This document shows, one piece after another, positions 47,181 through 60,100 of a stretch of 64,000 bases of DNA. The stretch comes from Rhizodiscina lignyota (Eukaryota). The notes below the pieces were generated by a model, which saw only the letters and a list, made by a program, of their open reading frames with translations, was not told the origin of the DNA and did not search any database. The position numbers and the translations under genes were made by a program. Location of the stretch: assembly GCA_010015805.1 (NCBI GenBank), contig ML978123.1:3162001-3226000 (forward strand), given 5' to 3'. Every line of letters starts with the position of its first letter. Positions within the stretch are counted from its first letter, which is position 1.

Positions 47181-47403
47181 CACGAGAGATCAATGACAGC
47201 GTATGTTGGTGGAAGGAATGTAATGCAGTTTTGCTATGTACGTAGGTGAAGCTTTTGGAGGGGCACGAGGGGCATTAGGTTGCTATCTCGTCATCGCGGA
47301 TATACGGTATCACAGCGGAGCAACGATATCGGAGCCACAATTTATACAGACTGGTATCTAATGAGAGATCGCTCAATGAGCCAATGAAGATTCGAGCTTC
47401 CTT

Positions 47404-47687
47404 CAATTCGTCTGTGGAATTGAGACTCTGCTGCGATTATTCTGGCGGCCATCGGCTGTTGCTCACCCAACTGGAGCGCGAGCTCCAACGTGGGCGCTCG
47501 GGAGTTCGGTTGCCGCCCATTAATATTACAGCGCAGAGGTGCGTCGTCAACCGAAGAGAAGGCTGGTACCGTGGCGGGAGATCCACGACAGCTGTGTCTA
47601 CGTATAATGTCGGGTGCGCTGGTAGGCTCGGCCCGCCTCGCACAGCAAGGCGGGAGGCTGGACGTAAAGATGGGTACACTAACATAT
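47404..47687. ncRNA. Candidate structured non-coding RNA (unassigned class)
   Basis: Nested complementary segments around a GCGA tetraloop, followed by further stem-loops and a 3' ACA; see findings. Confidence 0.35.
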
Positions 47688-48172
47688 GATAATCATGCTC
47701 CATTTTCGCCAGGTTGGAGAAGAGGCTTCTTGTGGTTGAACTGCAGCCCACCGATGCGTCGAATGGAAGCAGCATACACCTCAATACCGCCTCTAAGATT
47801 CAGTTCCACTCACTGATTTTGCGGTCAGCTGGACGTAGGATACGCTAGTATGACATTATAACTAGTGCCCTCAGTACTTCACCCACACCCCCTGTACAGT
47901 TCAGCTCACTTGTGTCCTCACAACATTCGTGCATGCAGATAGCTCCAACCAATCTCTGCTGCTGCTCGATACCCTCTTAAATCACTCTCTGCACCGTACA
48001 AATCCTGCACTTTTCATCGACTGTGTATCATATAACGACTTGACACGACGCCACGGCCTCCGCCTTTCCCAGCCTGCCGATTTTTTGAGATACCCAATGC
48101 TTTCTGCGCACGTAAACTGCACATCTGCCCGACATAATTGACCAGGCACACTGAGGCCTCGGTGTCGCAGCC

Positions 48173-51100
48173 ATGTGGAACAAGGTGCTCGGCAAAGCGA
48201 GCGATGCGTCATCGCAGGATGGCAGCAGACGGCGCACTGGCGAGTCGAGCTCTTCATCGAAGCGCGAGCACCGACGCGCCGAGTCAATCGTCACTTCGAG
48301 CTCAACTAGAACTCCCGCTTCACGCACTTCACGAACCGACGACAAAGACCGAAGCGACAGAGATAAGCACACGTCACGGAGTAGCACATTCCCAATGCAG
48401 GGTCCACCGAGCGAAGCGTCGACATATGCGACGGCACGGAGCGAGAGATATGCGGAATCGGATTCTACAATAAAGGCATCATCGCGGAAGGGGAGGGAGG
48501 AGAAGACTCAGTATCGCGTCACGGATCGCGGACTGGAGAGGATCCGTGCGAGGAGCACAAGTTCGGAGCGGAGGAAGAGTAGCAAGAGGGATCCGGAAGA
48601 GAGTAGAGACCGCGATCGCGACAAGAGGCGAGAGGAGCGTCGGGAGGAGCGACGACGCGACAAAGATAGAGATGACCGTAGTGAGCGCAGTGTCAAAAAG
48701 AGGAGTTCATCGCTCGACAGTTCGAGGCGCCGCCCGGACAAGGAGAGTTCACGTGGTCCAGCAGACTTCAGCACGCAAGTTGCAGCTCCTGGCTTCTCGC
48801 AGTTTCCAGGTCAGGATGGTGCACCAGCATATGGCGTGCCTGGCGCTCCTGGACAGCTACCGAGCGTGAATGTTCGCCCTCCATCGAATGCCCCGTCAAA
48901 TGCCCCGTTCAATGCGCCCGATTCACACGTTGCGACCCAGTTCCCGGGCCAGACTCCGTACCAATTCCACATAGTCATGCCTAGCGACCAAGGCGGACCG
49001 GGGTTAGCTGCAGAATATTACGGTGATCAAGGAGAGAGTGTCCAGCAACAACCAGGAAATAGACCTCACACGCCAAATATGCTTGTGAACGCAGACCACC
49101 ATCTCCTGGCCGCATCTGCACAAGCAGTGCCAGCTATGGACACTGGTGATGGCACTGCGGCCGACTACTACGACGGCAAAGTCTCTCCGGTACTGCTGCC
49201 TCAAGACGGAGCCACACCTGCGAAACCATCACGACCCACTAAGAAGCCTAGCGGTTCCAGCCACAGTTCAAAATTATCCAGCGCAACGGCTCTTGCTGGA
49301 GCAGCAGGTCTGGGCTACGCACTCACACAGAATGGTGATCACCGACCCACTCAAGCCGCTCAGGGTGCTGCATCTTCATTCTATCAGCAAGGATCAAATT
49401 TGTCCATCACCAGTTCGCATCATGGCCACTCCGAGTCTGCACCTGCTGTACCGACGCTCGGCTCCTACGCTGCATCATCACCACGACTATCAAATGGCAA
49501 ACCAGGTAAGCATTCCTCCCATTCTAACGCAGCAGCATACACAGCCGGAGCCGCAGCCCTCGGTGTAGCAGGCGCATATGCCCTTCACGAACATCATGAA
49601 CATCAGCATCACGGGTCTCGTATATCTCCCGCTCCTTCCAAGTATGACCACCCACCATCAAATTTTGGTGGCTATGCCGGTGCTGCAGGATCATATGCCG
49701 CTGGCGCAGGAGCATACACAGGTGCTTCAGGAGCATACGGGGGTGGTGCAAGTGGCATGATGATGGAGCATAAGCATAGAGGTCCTATGACGAAGCTTGT
49801 CGACTGGTGGAGGGATTATGAGGACATTCAAAAGATGGAAGCATATACCGAGGCCATTGGAGTGTGCCGATATTGCTTCGATCCTGGCAGCTCTCCCTAC
49901 GATGCTCCGAGAAAGCATCACTACAGCCGCAGAAGACGTTCTTCTCGTGAATCATTGGTCAGTGCGAGTGGCCGCGTTGGTAAAGAGTCGCGTTACTACA
50001 CTTCAGACACGGAAAAGCGCCACAGCAAGACAAACAAGGCAGGCAATTGGCTCGCAGCTGGCGCGGCCGGATATGGTCTTGCCAAAGTCGGCAAGGTACT
50101 GTGGAATCGGGACAAGGACTTTGACGATACTTATAGTGTCAAAACAGGCAGACGATTGTACGACGACAATGGCTCCCGCATCAGCATGGTGAGCCGACAC
50201 AGTGATTCTGATCGTCGGCGGAGCGAAAGCCGCCAGAGTTATGGTGTTGTCAAGCATAAGGCTGGACTGAAGAGTGGTACGAGTGTCGACATCGTCAGAG
50301 ACTCGGATAAGGATTACACGGTCGTGCGCAAGAAGCACAAACATCGCGACCGATCTCGCTCTACATCCCGCGACAGGAAGAGCAGCAGCAGCAAGTTGCT
50401 TGGTGCCGCTCTCGGTGGTGCCGCAGCTGCTGGTGCACTGCATGAATATGACAAACATCGTCGGCACTCGCGATCCCCTCAACCATCAATGAAGAAAGTA
50501 CGCCATAGGGATCGATCGAACAGCTCGGAGCGAAGCCTTCGTCGCCGCCGCAGCTCGCATGAGAAGAAGAGACGCGGCTTTTTCAACTTTGGCAATGCGT
50601 CTAGCAGCTCTACGGATTCAGCTCTTGCTTATGGCATTGCGGCTCCAAGGCGCAAGGCCAGTGTGAAGACTCTGAGGAGCAGCAAAACTGATGGAAAGAG
50701 GAGGGCAAAGCATCGGACATCAGATGAAAAACTCAATGCCACACTTCTCGGACTTGGTGCGACTGCTGCTGCTATCACTGCCGCTCAAGCTGGCTCGAGA
50801 CACGGACGACGACACAATGCAGACTTGATTGCTGTGAAGGAGCGCAAGGGCAAGAAGCTAGCAGATCCTGCTTACCTTGCCCCTGGGTCGCACTCTCGCA
50901 GCGCCCGACATGGTCGATCGCGTTCGGGCGTCTCAAATGCCTCAAGCTCTTCAAGTCTCAGCATCACGAGTTGGAAGGATGCCGAGGGTGGGGAGGATGG
51001 CTGGGAAGACGAATCGGTCTACGAGCAAGAACAACAGCATGACCACCTGCCGTCTTCTCCTTCGTCCGATGACGTCTCCAACGTCAACTCCGCGCTCGCC

Positions 51101-54100
51101 TACGGTGATTACAGCTGGGGAAAGAACAAAGCTCGCAAGAGCACTGATTCTCTCGCCTCCGATGCCAGTGGAACTAACAAATGGCTCTGGCGATGGGGCA
51201 GCAAGAAGGACAAGAAGCCGAAGCGTAGACCCAGTGATCTGGAGGGCGGTGTGCCACTCGTTGCTGGCGCCGCTGCCGCTGGAGCTGTTGGAGCTGCACT
51301 CATTAATCATCGTGAGAAAGAGAGGGAAAAGGAAAAGCAACAAATTTATCGCAGGGATGATGCCATGAGCAGCGCTAGCTCTGTCTCTGCCCCCTCACAG
51401 GCGACGATGCAGACCGTGTATCCCACCCCGACGAGCGATCCGTACAATTATGAAGCCATGGGAAGGTATGGTAGAGCGCCGAGCGAAGGCCCGGTCAGGC
51501 GCCAAACGATGCCCGAACAGCGACCCTCGACCGTGTATACCGCCAGACCTGATACTGTACCACTTCAGCAACCACAGCCGATCAGCAAAGTCAGCGATAA
51601 GGTGTATGCCATGCAGGGTGGGTACGAGGCTGGATACACGGCACCGAGTGGCCCGCCGGTATTCTCTAAATATGATGTCAGTCAGCCGCTGCATGTACCT
51701 AGGAGGCAGAGCAGCCCTATCAGCCCGGGTGGGCATCATCTCGTGAAGGACTTGGCTATAGGTGCGCTTGCTGCCGGCACTGCGGCCAGCGTTGTGACTG
51801 CTGCTACCAGAAAGAGTGATAGTGATCGGGAACAGAGGCGACGTGAGAGAGAAGTGGATGAACGGCGTGAAGCTGATCGTCTACGAAGAAAAGTAGAAGA
51901 AAAACAGCGTGAAGCCGACCGCTTGAGACGAAAGGAGGAAGAACAACGAGAAGCTGAACGTCTGCGAAGGGAAGACGAGGAACGACGCGAAGCCGACCGG
52001 TTGAGGAGAAGGGAAGGGGAGCAGCGCGAGAGTGAGCGCTTGCGAAGACAGGAAGAGGAGCAGCGTGATGTCGAGCGACTGAGGAAGAAGGCAGAGAGGG
52101 AAGCCGCCGAGGCCGCCGATATTCAACGGAGACAAGAATTGGAGCGAGAGCAGATGATGAGGCTGAGGAGAGAGACTGAGCAGAAAGAAGAAGAGATGAG
52201 ACAGCATTTTGCGGCCACGGAGACTGCCGCGAGGCAGCAGAGGGCTAGAGATGCTGAACGAGCGGCTGCTGCAGCTCGTGAACAGACGGAGCGACAAGAA
52301 CAGGCTCTTCGTGATGCAGTAACGGCGAGGGAAGAGGCGGAACATGCTGCATTTGAAAGAGAAGCGGAGCGTAGGCGCCAAAAGCAACTTCAGCGTGATG
52401 CCGAACGAAAGGAAAAGGAGAGTTCGTGGGTTGAGCCAGCGCTTGCTGGTCTTGCTGGCGCTGGAGCTGGCGCAGTCATCGCAGATATCATATCGGATAG
52501 AAAGAAGGATAAGGAAGAGGAGCGAGAACGTCGTTTTGAAGCTCCCGCTGAAGTCCGCGAACCGACTACTGTTCCGACTGCCTCCATTGTCGAACCAGCA
52601 CACGTCGCCGTAATCGAGCCGTCGAATGTCGCTGTTGATTTCTTCGACGAGAATGATGCGCTTAACGACCCCGACTACTTCCGTAAACTGCGAGATGCCA
52701 ACAGGTCCGTCCACGACCACACTTCAGGCAGCAACGAACCCGTTTACGAGCCCATCAAGCGCCCGCGAAGCGGAAGCGGTGTCGTACGGGACTTTGAAGA
52801 TCGCTACAAGTTTGTCCGCGAGCCTGTTGATAATGCTACGTTCTGGGCGCCGGAGGAATTGACAAAAGACGCTGGACAAGCGGTTGAGGTGGACGAGGCA
52901 ATGAAGAAGATGGGCGGGCCGAACGCTGATGCTGATATTGAAGTCATGCTTGCGGGCTTGGCGAGAGGGCCGCCGTATGACCCAGGCTACGCGTTTACCA
53001 CTGGTGGCAGGTCACAGGCATGGCCGATCGATATTGTGCCAAGATTGAATTTGATTCCACCAACACCTCCACCGCCGGAGATACTGCAACCGAAACCCGA
53101 AGCGCCCCGCGAAGTTGAAAGACAGGCCGTTGTCGCTGCTGAAAGAGAGATTGAAGAAGAGGAGCATCCGCATCCATCGCAGGTAGTCGCAGGGACACAG
53201 CGAGATATCGAAGTGGAAGGACATCCGTCCGAAGCCGTTGCTGCAGCAGAGCAGGCAATAGAAGATGAAGAATACCAATCTCGACCATCGCATGGTCGTC
53301 GAATGTCGGCGCAATCTCATTCCATCGGCGAAGCTCACGTCCAGGACCATATCGAGGATGACCAGTTCGATGACATTCCGCCGAGGCCAAATCATGCAAG
53401 GAAACCTTCTGTTTCTAGGGTGTCGTGGGGCGGTGATGAAACGTTCTCCTACGACGTGCCGTCACCCGAGCCCTCGGACCTTGAGGGCCATGAAGGGTAC
53501 TTCCCCAAGGTTAAGGCCCGCGGTGAACCTGAAGTTCACGGTGATACTAGCGCAGATGAAACAGCTTATGAGCGTACTGTCTACGCACGCGGACCTGCTA
53601 TAAGGGAACAGCAGGAAAGCGGTATCGCGCGAGCACCATCCCCGCTTGTCCCCAATGAACCAGAGACTCCAGTCGAAGAGATCATATCCCCGGAAGCTGC
53701 ACATCTTGCGGAGACATCGAGACAAGGATTCGCGGCTCCCGCTAAAGCTCACGACTATGATGAGGGTGAAACTCCAATTTTGGAGTCTGAACGAGACGGT
53801 AGCTTCTATCAGCAACCATTCTACGAATCAGTCTCTGACATTGGTCCATCCATGCGCAGACCTGGCTTTGTCCTTGGTGAGGTCGAGACTCCGCCTGCCA
53901 CCGAACAAAGAGACCCCACGTTGAGTGCTGAAGCAGAGCCTGAGTATTGGCCAAGCATGCCTGGTGCATTCGATGACGAAGCTGCACCGCCAATTCAACA
54001 CGCCAGAGATGTTGCGACAGAGGTTGAGGCTTCTGTAGATGCTGGAGCTGATGATGACGGCAACTTGAGCAAACGAGAGCGGCGCAAGAAAGAAAAAGAG

Positions 54101-57100
54101 GCTAGGCGACTCGCTGAAGCTGCTGCGGCGTCTGTTGCTAGTGTCATGGCCGCATCTGCACTCAATCGAGATACATCTAAGCCTGCTCCAGGGCGTGAGT
54201 ATGATGTCTCCGATGTACCACACCATCAGAATGGCTACGATGTTAAGAAGGGCGAAGAGACTCGCGACGCGGCACCCGATGATATTGAGGAGCCGAAGCG
54301 CTCTAAGAAGAAAAAGTCCCGCAGCAATGGTGATATTGAAGCGCAGCTGTATGAGGAGCCCGCATCGTACTACGAGCCATCCGAGTCAACATCCAGCAGA
54401 GTTCGTGAGGATGATCACTACGAGGACGAGGACAAGGAACGTAAATCAAAGTCAAGGCGCAGCAAAGACCGCGAAGCCGACGACTCGCCAGCGAGATATG
54501 CGGAATCTGTCAGATCTAATGACGTCGATGATCGGAAAAGAAGCAAACGTCGTTCTTCACGAAAGGATAGCGAATTCTATGATGACGATGTAAAGTCGTC
54601 TCGCAGAGCCCCAGCATCCGAGCCGGGCGATTATTACGATGATGAAGATAGGAAAAAGTCCCGTCGGAAGTCAAAGCGCGACGACGATCTTGATTCAGTA
54701 GCATCGGCCCCGGTAAGATTCTATGATGATGATCGTGACAAGGATCGTTCTTCTAAGAAGGACAAGAAAGGCGGTCTTTTGGCAAGCATCCTCGGTAGCA
54801 GTGCAAAGCGAGATGCAGACGAACGATCAGAGACAAGCAAAACGAGTACTAAATCTCAACGCTCAAGCAAGTATGATGAGGAGGACAACGAGAGACGCAG
54901 GAAAAAGAAATCAAAGTCAAGGAGCTATTCGCCTGACGAGCCTGAGGAACCACCGTCGAAAGTTGTAGAAACATCATCGAGTCGCAAAGAGAAGCGAAGA
55001 AGCAAGGACAAGCGAGACACCGCGGATGACGAGTCTTTTTTAGGGGATCGGGCAGAGGATAACGAGATGGCGCCTCTGCCCTCCACCGTGGTTGCGGCGG
55101 ATGCAGCAAGTGCTGTTGAAGAAGCGGCCAGGGAAAAGACGCCATCGGGTGATGAGCGAGAGGCATTGTCAGAGCATGACGGTGCGAGAAAGATGCCCGA
55201 ATTGGGAAGCGCGACTTGGCGAGAAGATGTGGAACAACTTGCGAATCTATCAGCACTTCCGGACTCTCGACCGACTTCTCCCATTGAAGTTGGTAGTGCA
55301 GAGGACCTACCGAGGTTGCCTGATAGCATGCCACCTTCTCCCACACCATCTGAGAAGGCATTCGAAGCTGGTGCGCTTGCTGATTTGCAGAAGAGCTTGG
55401 CAGAATCACGATCGGAGGCAGCCCGAAGATCTGCTGCACCAACACCACCAAGACCAGCACCTTTGGTTACATCGAGAACTTACTCGCCGACTGCAATTCC
55501 TGTTCGCTTCAAGCCACTTCCACCGTCTCCGGCCGCAAGCCGATCGAGATCAGTGGAGCCAGATGCACAACGCCTCTGGAATGTGGACCCTTTCGACACG
55601 ACAGAATCTGTTCGCTCTTCACCACGTCATGCGAAGAGTGTTTCCGTCGAGAGCCCAGTGTCTGCTTCGTTCCGGACGAATACCCAAGAGATGCGGCCGC
55701 TGTATCTTGTTGAGCGCAACCGCTATCGACGGAGCTGGAGCGGACCTGATGCATCTACGCCGCCTGCACGTGGACTGGCTGTTCAAGAACTTGAAACGCT
55801 GCCAAGTCTTCCTAGTAGTAGAGCGAGTAGCGTACTGGGAGGTGAAGAAGCGATCCAGAAGGAAATCTCAACACCTGGTTGGGAAGAGGTACTTGAAGAT
55901 GAGAGACGCGAGGAAGAAGGCTTAGCTGGATTCGCGACTCACTATGAAAGGGACGACGAGTATCTCGACTCGGAGCAGGCGACGCCGAAAGCTACAGTAT
56001 TCCCTCCAAGGCCATTTGATGTAGTTGAGCCGAAGGTTGAGCCCGTTGCTCAGGACGTGACACCCTTGATGGTTGAGAGGGCGACCACCGAGCAGGAGCG
56101 TATAGTTTCAGCTCTGCACGACAAACCGTTCAGTATAGAGGACCAAAAGAGCGTTCCAACGCCTCAGGAGCAGGATGACGTGGGATTTGAAGAACCTGTC
56201 TTTGGCACCCCTCAAGAGGTCGTCGACTCGGAATCTGAAGTACTGGACTACTCCACACCCCCACAAGAGTTCGATGTGCCGAACTCTGACGAACTTGACT
56301 ATGTCAGGCCAGAAGAGGTTCATGTTCCGACGTCCGAAAAGGTTGATATCCCGAAGCACGAAGAGCTGGGAGCGCAAAAGCTGGAAGAGCTTGAGGAGTC
56401 AACGCTGGAAGAGCCTGACGTCCAGAAGCCGGAAGATCTTGTCCTTCACAAATCCGAAGAGCTTGAAGACTTGGCGCTGAAAGAAGTTGTCATAGAGAAG
56501 CCCGAAGTGCTCGACGTTCAGAAACCCGAAGAGCTTGACCGCTCTTTTTCTCGAGAGCTTGATGCGCTGAAGTCTGACGTCCCGAAGCCCGAAGATTTGG
56601 ACGTTCAGAAGCCTGAAGAGCTTGATGTGCAGTGGCCCGACGTTCGAAAAGCCGAAGGCCTCGAGGCCCATAAGCCCGAAGAAATTGAGAGGCAAACCCT
56701 CGATGAGCATCAGACCATTCCGCTTTTACCCATAACCTTGCAAGATGAGGACTCTGCAATCATTCCTGAGGGTGGCCGGCCCGAGTTGACACGCGATGTC
56801 TCTCCAGGATCTCAGAGCCCAGTTCTTGCTGCTGAGAGTCCCAAGTTCTCTGCAGTTGATGACAAGACAGAGCTGGCCGAACCTGAACCCTCATATCCAG
56901 GATTACCGCTGAGTAGGCCGGAGTCGCCGTACGAAAGGCCTCCGTCACACCCTGCGTTCGATGTTGACGCCGGACACGATCGCCAGCTTCCTGATGAAAG
57001 TGTACGGTTGACGAGACCGCTGGACGAGGTTGAACTGAGGGATGCATATCCCACACTTCCTCAGAGTAGACCAGATTCTCCATACGAGGAGCCGGAACCA

Positions 57101-60100
57101 TCATCCAGCAATTTCAAGAATATTGCGGCTGCAGCACTCGCAGGAGGTACTGCTGCGTACTTGGGACATGAGGTACTTTCGACTCGCGATCGATCCGAAC
57201 CTGACATCTCTGTGCATGTCAAGGAAATGGCAGCACCTGCACTCGAGAGAATCCCGTCAATTACGCCCCAGCCAGCTGCTGAACCTGACAAGGACGTAGG
57301 TGAACCATTGACTGTAATCGAAGCCCCATCTGAACAGCCTGAGCACGGGGTGGTTGAGGACCATCAAGTAATTGAAGCACCGATCGAACAAGCTAAACAG
57401 TCGAATATCAGAGAAGTGGCGGAACCCGCTCTTGAGGGAGTTCCTCCGATCACATCCAAGAATGATACTGAGTCTGCCGCTGACAAGGGTGAATCATTGA
57501 CTTCCATCGAAATCCCAACTCAATTTCCTGACCAGCAAGTGGTCGAAGATAAATCAGTGATGGAAGAGCCGACCGAGCAAACTGAACAACTGGTGCCGGC
57601 AATCGAAGCTCCCATTGAGCATCCCGAGCAACATGTGGTCGAAGATAGATCAGTGACCGAAGAGCCTATCGGACAGACTGAGCAATTAGTACCTGACGAT
57701 GCCGGCGAGCCTACGGCTACTGCGGTCGAAGCTACGGCCGAAACCGAATTCCCCGATCAGCTCTCTCGCCGCGACTCAACAAGAGGCAAGAAAAAGAAGA
57801 CCAAAGGGAAAAAGAAGAGCGGCGCTGCCACACCTGTGGTCGAAGAGACTGTTAAGGAAGAGCCGTCCATAGCTACTGAGCTACAAGAGGGTGTCGACAA
57901 TATGCCAGAGCCACCAGAGCCTATTGCGGGACCTGTGTCTTCAACTTTTGATATTGAGGCTCAAACATTCGTGCCTACAGACGGTGATATCGAGGTTCAA
58001 GAAGAGGAACTGGCTCGCGATGATTCGGAAAAGCAAGAGTTCGAGCTATCCGAGCAGACCACAGAGCCAACACCGCCGTCACTTCTCACCAGGACAAAAT
58101 CGAAAGGCAAGGGAGCGAAGAAGGGAAAGAAAGGCAAATCACTTATCCCTGAAGAACCCGCTGCTAGCGAATCAGTTAGCGAGGGCGATAGTGCACAGCG
58201 CGAACTTACACAAGAAGCCGAAGCAGAGCCACCATTTGTAACATCTTCGAAGAAGTCAAAGAAGGGCAAAGGCAGAAAGGGCAAGCAACAAGATGACTGG
58301 ATCGAAGAACAGCCTGTTGCCGAACCTGTACCTGAGATTGTCGTTGATCGGGCCATATCGGACGAACCATCGCAACCGATGAGCGAATCTGCTGAGCTCG
58401 GGTCTATCACTCCAGGAAAGAAAGGCAAGAAGGGCAAAGGCAAGGGAAAGAAGGGCAAGAAGCAGGACGATTCTTGGGAAGACGAAGCGACCGAGGAGCC
58501 CACTACCGAAGCTGCAGCCGCCACTGTGTATCCGGAGCAACTGCATGAGCGGTCTGGTATCAGCGAAGAAGAAACAGTCCAAGATCGCACTGCAGAAACT
58601 CCAGTCGTCACCGTAGATCCATCGGAGCAGCAAAATGAGCCAACTGATATCAAAGATGAGGACATAGTCCAAGAGCGCAGTACGGGAACTCCAGTCGCTG
58701 TTGTATACCCGCCGGAGCAGCAAGATGAGCTTGCCAGCATCAGGGAGGAGTATCACAGGGAATTTGAGCATCCCAACGGCGGACCTTCAGATCAACCAAC
58801 GCCGGTCGTGGAACACGAAGACCCGTTTCTCACAACGCCAATCCTTGAGATGCAGTCTTTTGAAGTCCCTCTTGCCGGACCTGCTGTGGAAAAGGCTGAT
58901 CCGTTCGATGCACAGCAGCTACCAGAACAACGCGAGCTTGATGTACCTACGCCTCGTCCAATCCTACAGCATGCGATCACCTCACCAGTACCTTTCACTG
59001 AACCATTGCTGGAAGAAGAGGAACCACCTTTTGTTGATGCTGTAGACCAATTTCAAGAGCCGGAGCACATCGCAGAGCCTCTCGAAGAGTCAATTATCGA
59101 AGATGGCCAGCAGAAAGGCTTCATTCTACCTGAATCAGTTCCATTACCGGAAGATGAGATGGAGCTTGCTGAATTGGAGGAGCAAATCTTCGAACTGGAT
59201 CACCAACTGCATGGCGAGAGAGAAGAAACACCCGCTGCAGTGCCAATTCCCGAAACAAAAGCGTTGATGGAGTTCGACGAAGGAGGGCGAGATCTTCACC
59301 CTGGATCTGTCGTGCCGCATAGCATTGAGAATGCAGAACGGGCAGCACCGTTTGTTGCAGACACATCAATTGATTCAGTACCGGAAGTTCCTCAAGACGA
59401 ATTTGCCATGCACGAGCCACAGGTTCCTCAAACCGACGAATCTGAATACCAAAATATTGCGCAAACAGCAGGAGGAGAGACAATCGACATTCAGCAGCTC
59501 CATCAAGAGCCCATACAACGAACTCCAACGCCAGTGCGAGATTCATTGAAGGAGATGCTCATGCGTGTCGCATCTGAACATCAACCTGAGTCTGAGGCAT
59601 TATTTGATCGACCCACAATGCCGGAACTTGCCGGCCAATCAGGCCGCGATGCTGACGTGTCAGAGGTCCCACTCGGTGAAGAAGTCGTCCCATATGAGAG
59701 CGAAATTGTTCCCCGGGCTGCCTCAGAGGACACTTCGCTCCCACTGGCCGTTGACAAGGACGTCAACGTCGCCGAGGAGTCGAGTATCCGAGAGCCTGAA
59801 CAAGAGGTCCAAGCTGCAGAGTCGATATATGATATGCCTACTGAACACTTTGATACTCACCGCTCAGGAGCTGAGGATGAGTTGATGCGCCCGTCGGAAC
59901 GCTACGACAATATTCAAGAGGCGCCTCTTGAGCACCGATCATCTTCGCCAGTTGGAGAACATTTGCACGTGGAGACGGTCTCTCTTCCGCATACGCTGGA
60001 TCACGACTTGTCCAAACCTATTGAAGAACCTCAACAGCTGCCTGCATCTCGCGATACCGCTCAACACGACAGACTGCATGACGCCGAGAATGTCGAGCGA

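Noticed and set aside
47592..47675. Partial complementarity of the structured element to the LSU rRNA segment ACCCGUCUUGAAACACGG
   Set aside because: Short, needs wobbles and mismatches, does not place an unpaired U correctly in a pocket, and relies on recalled rRNA sequence; not claimed as a target.
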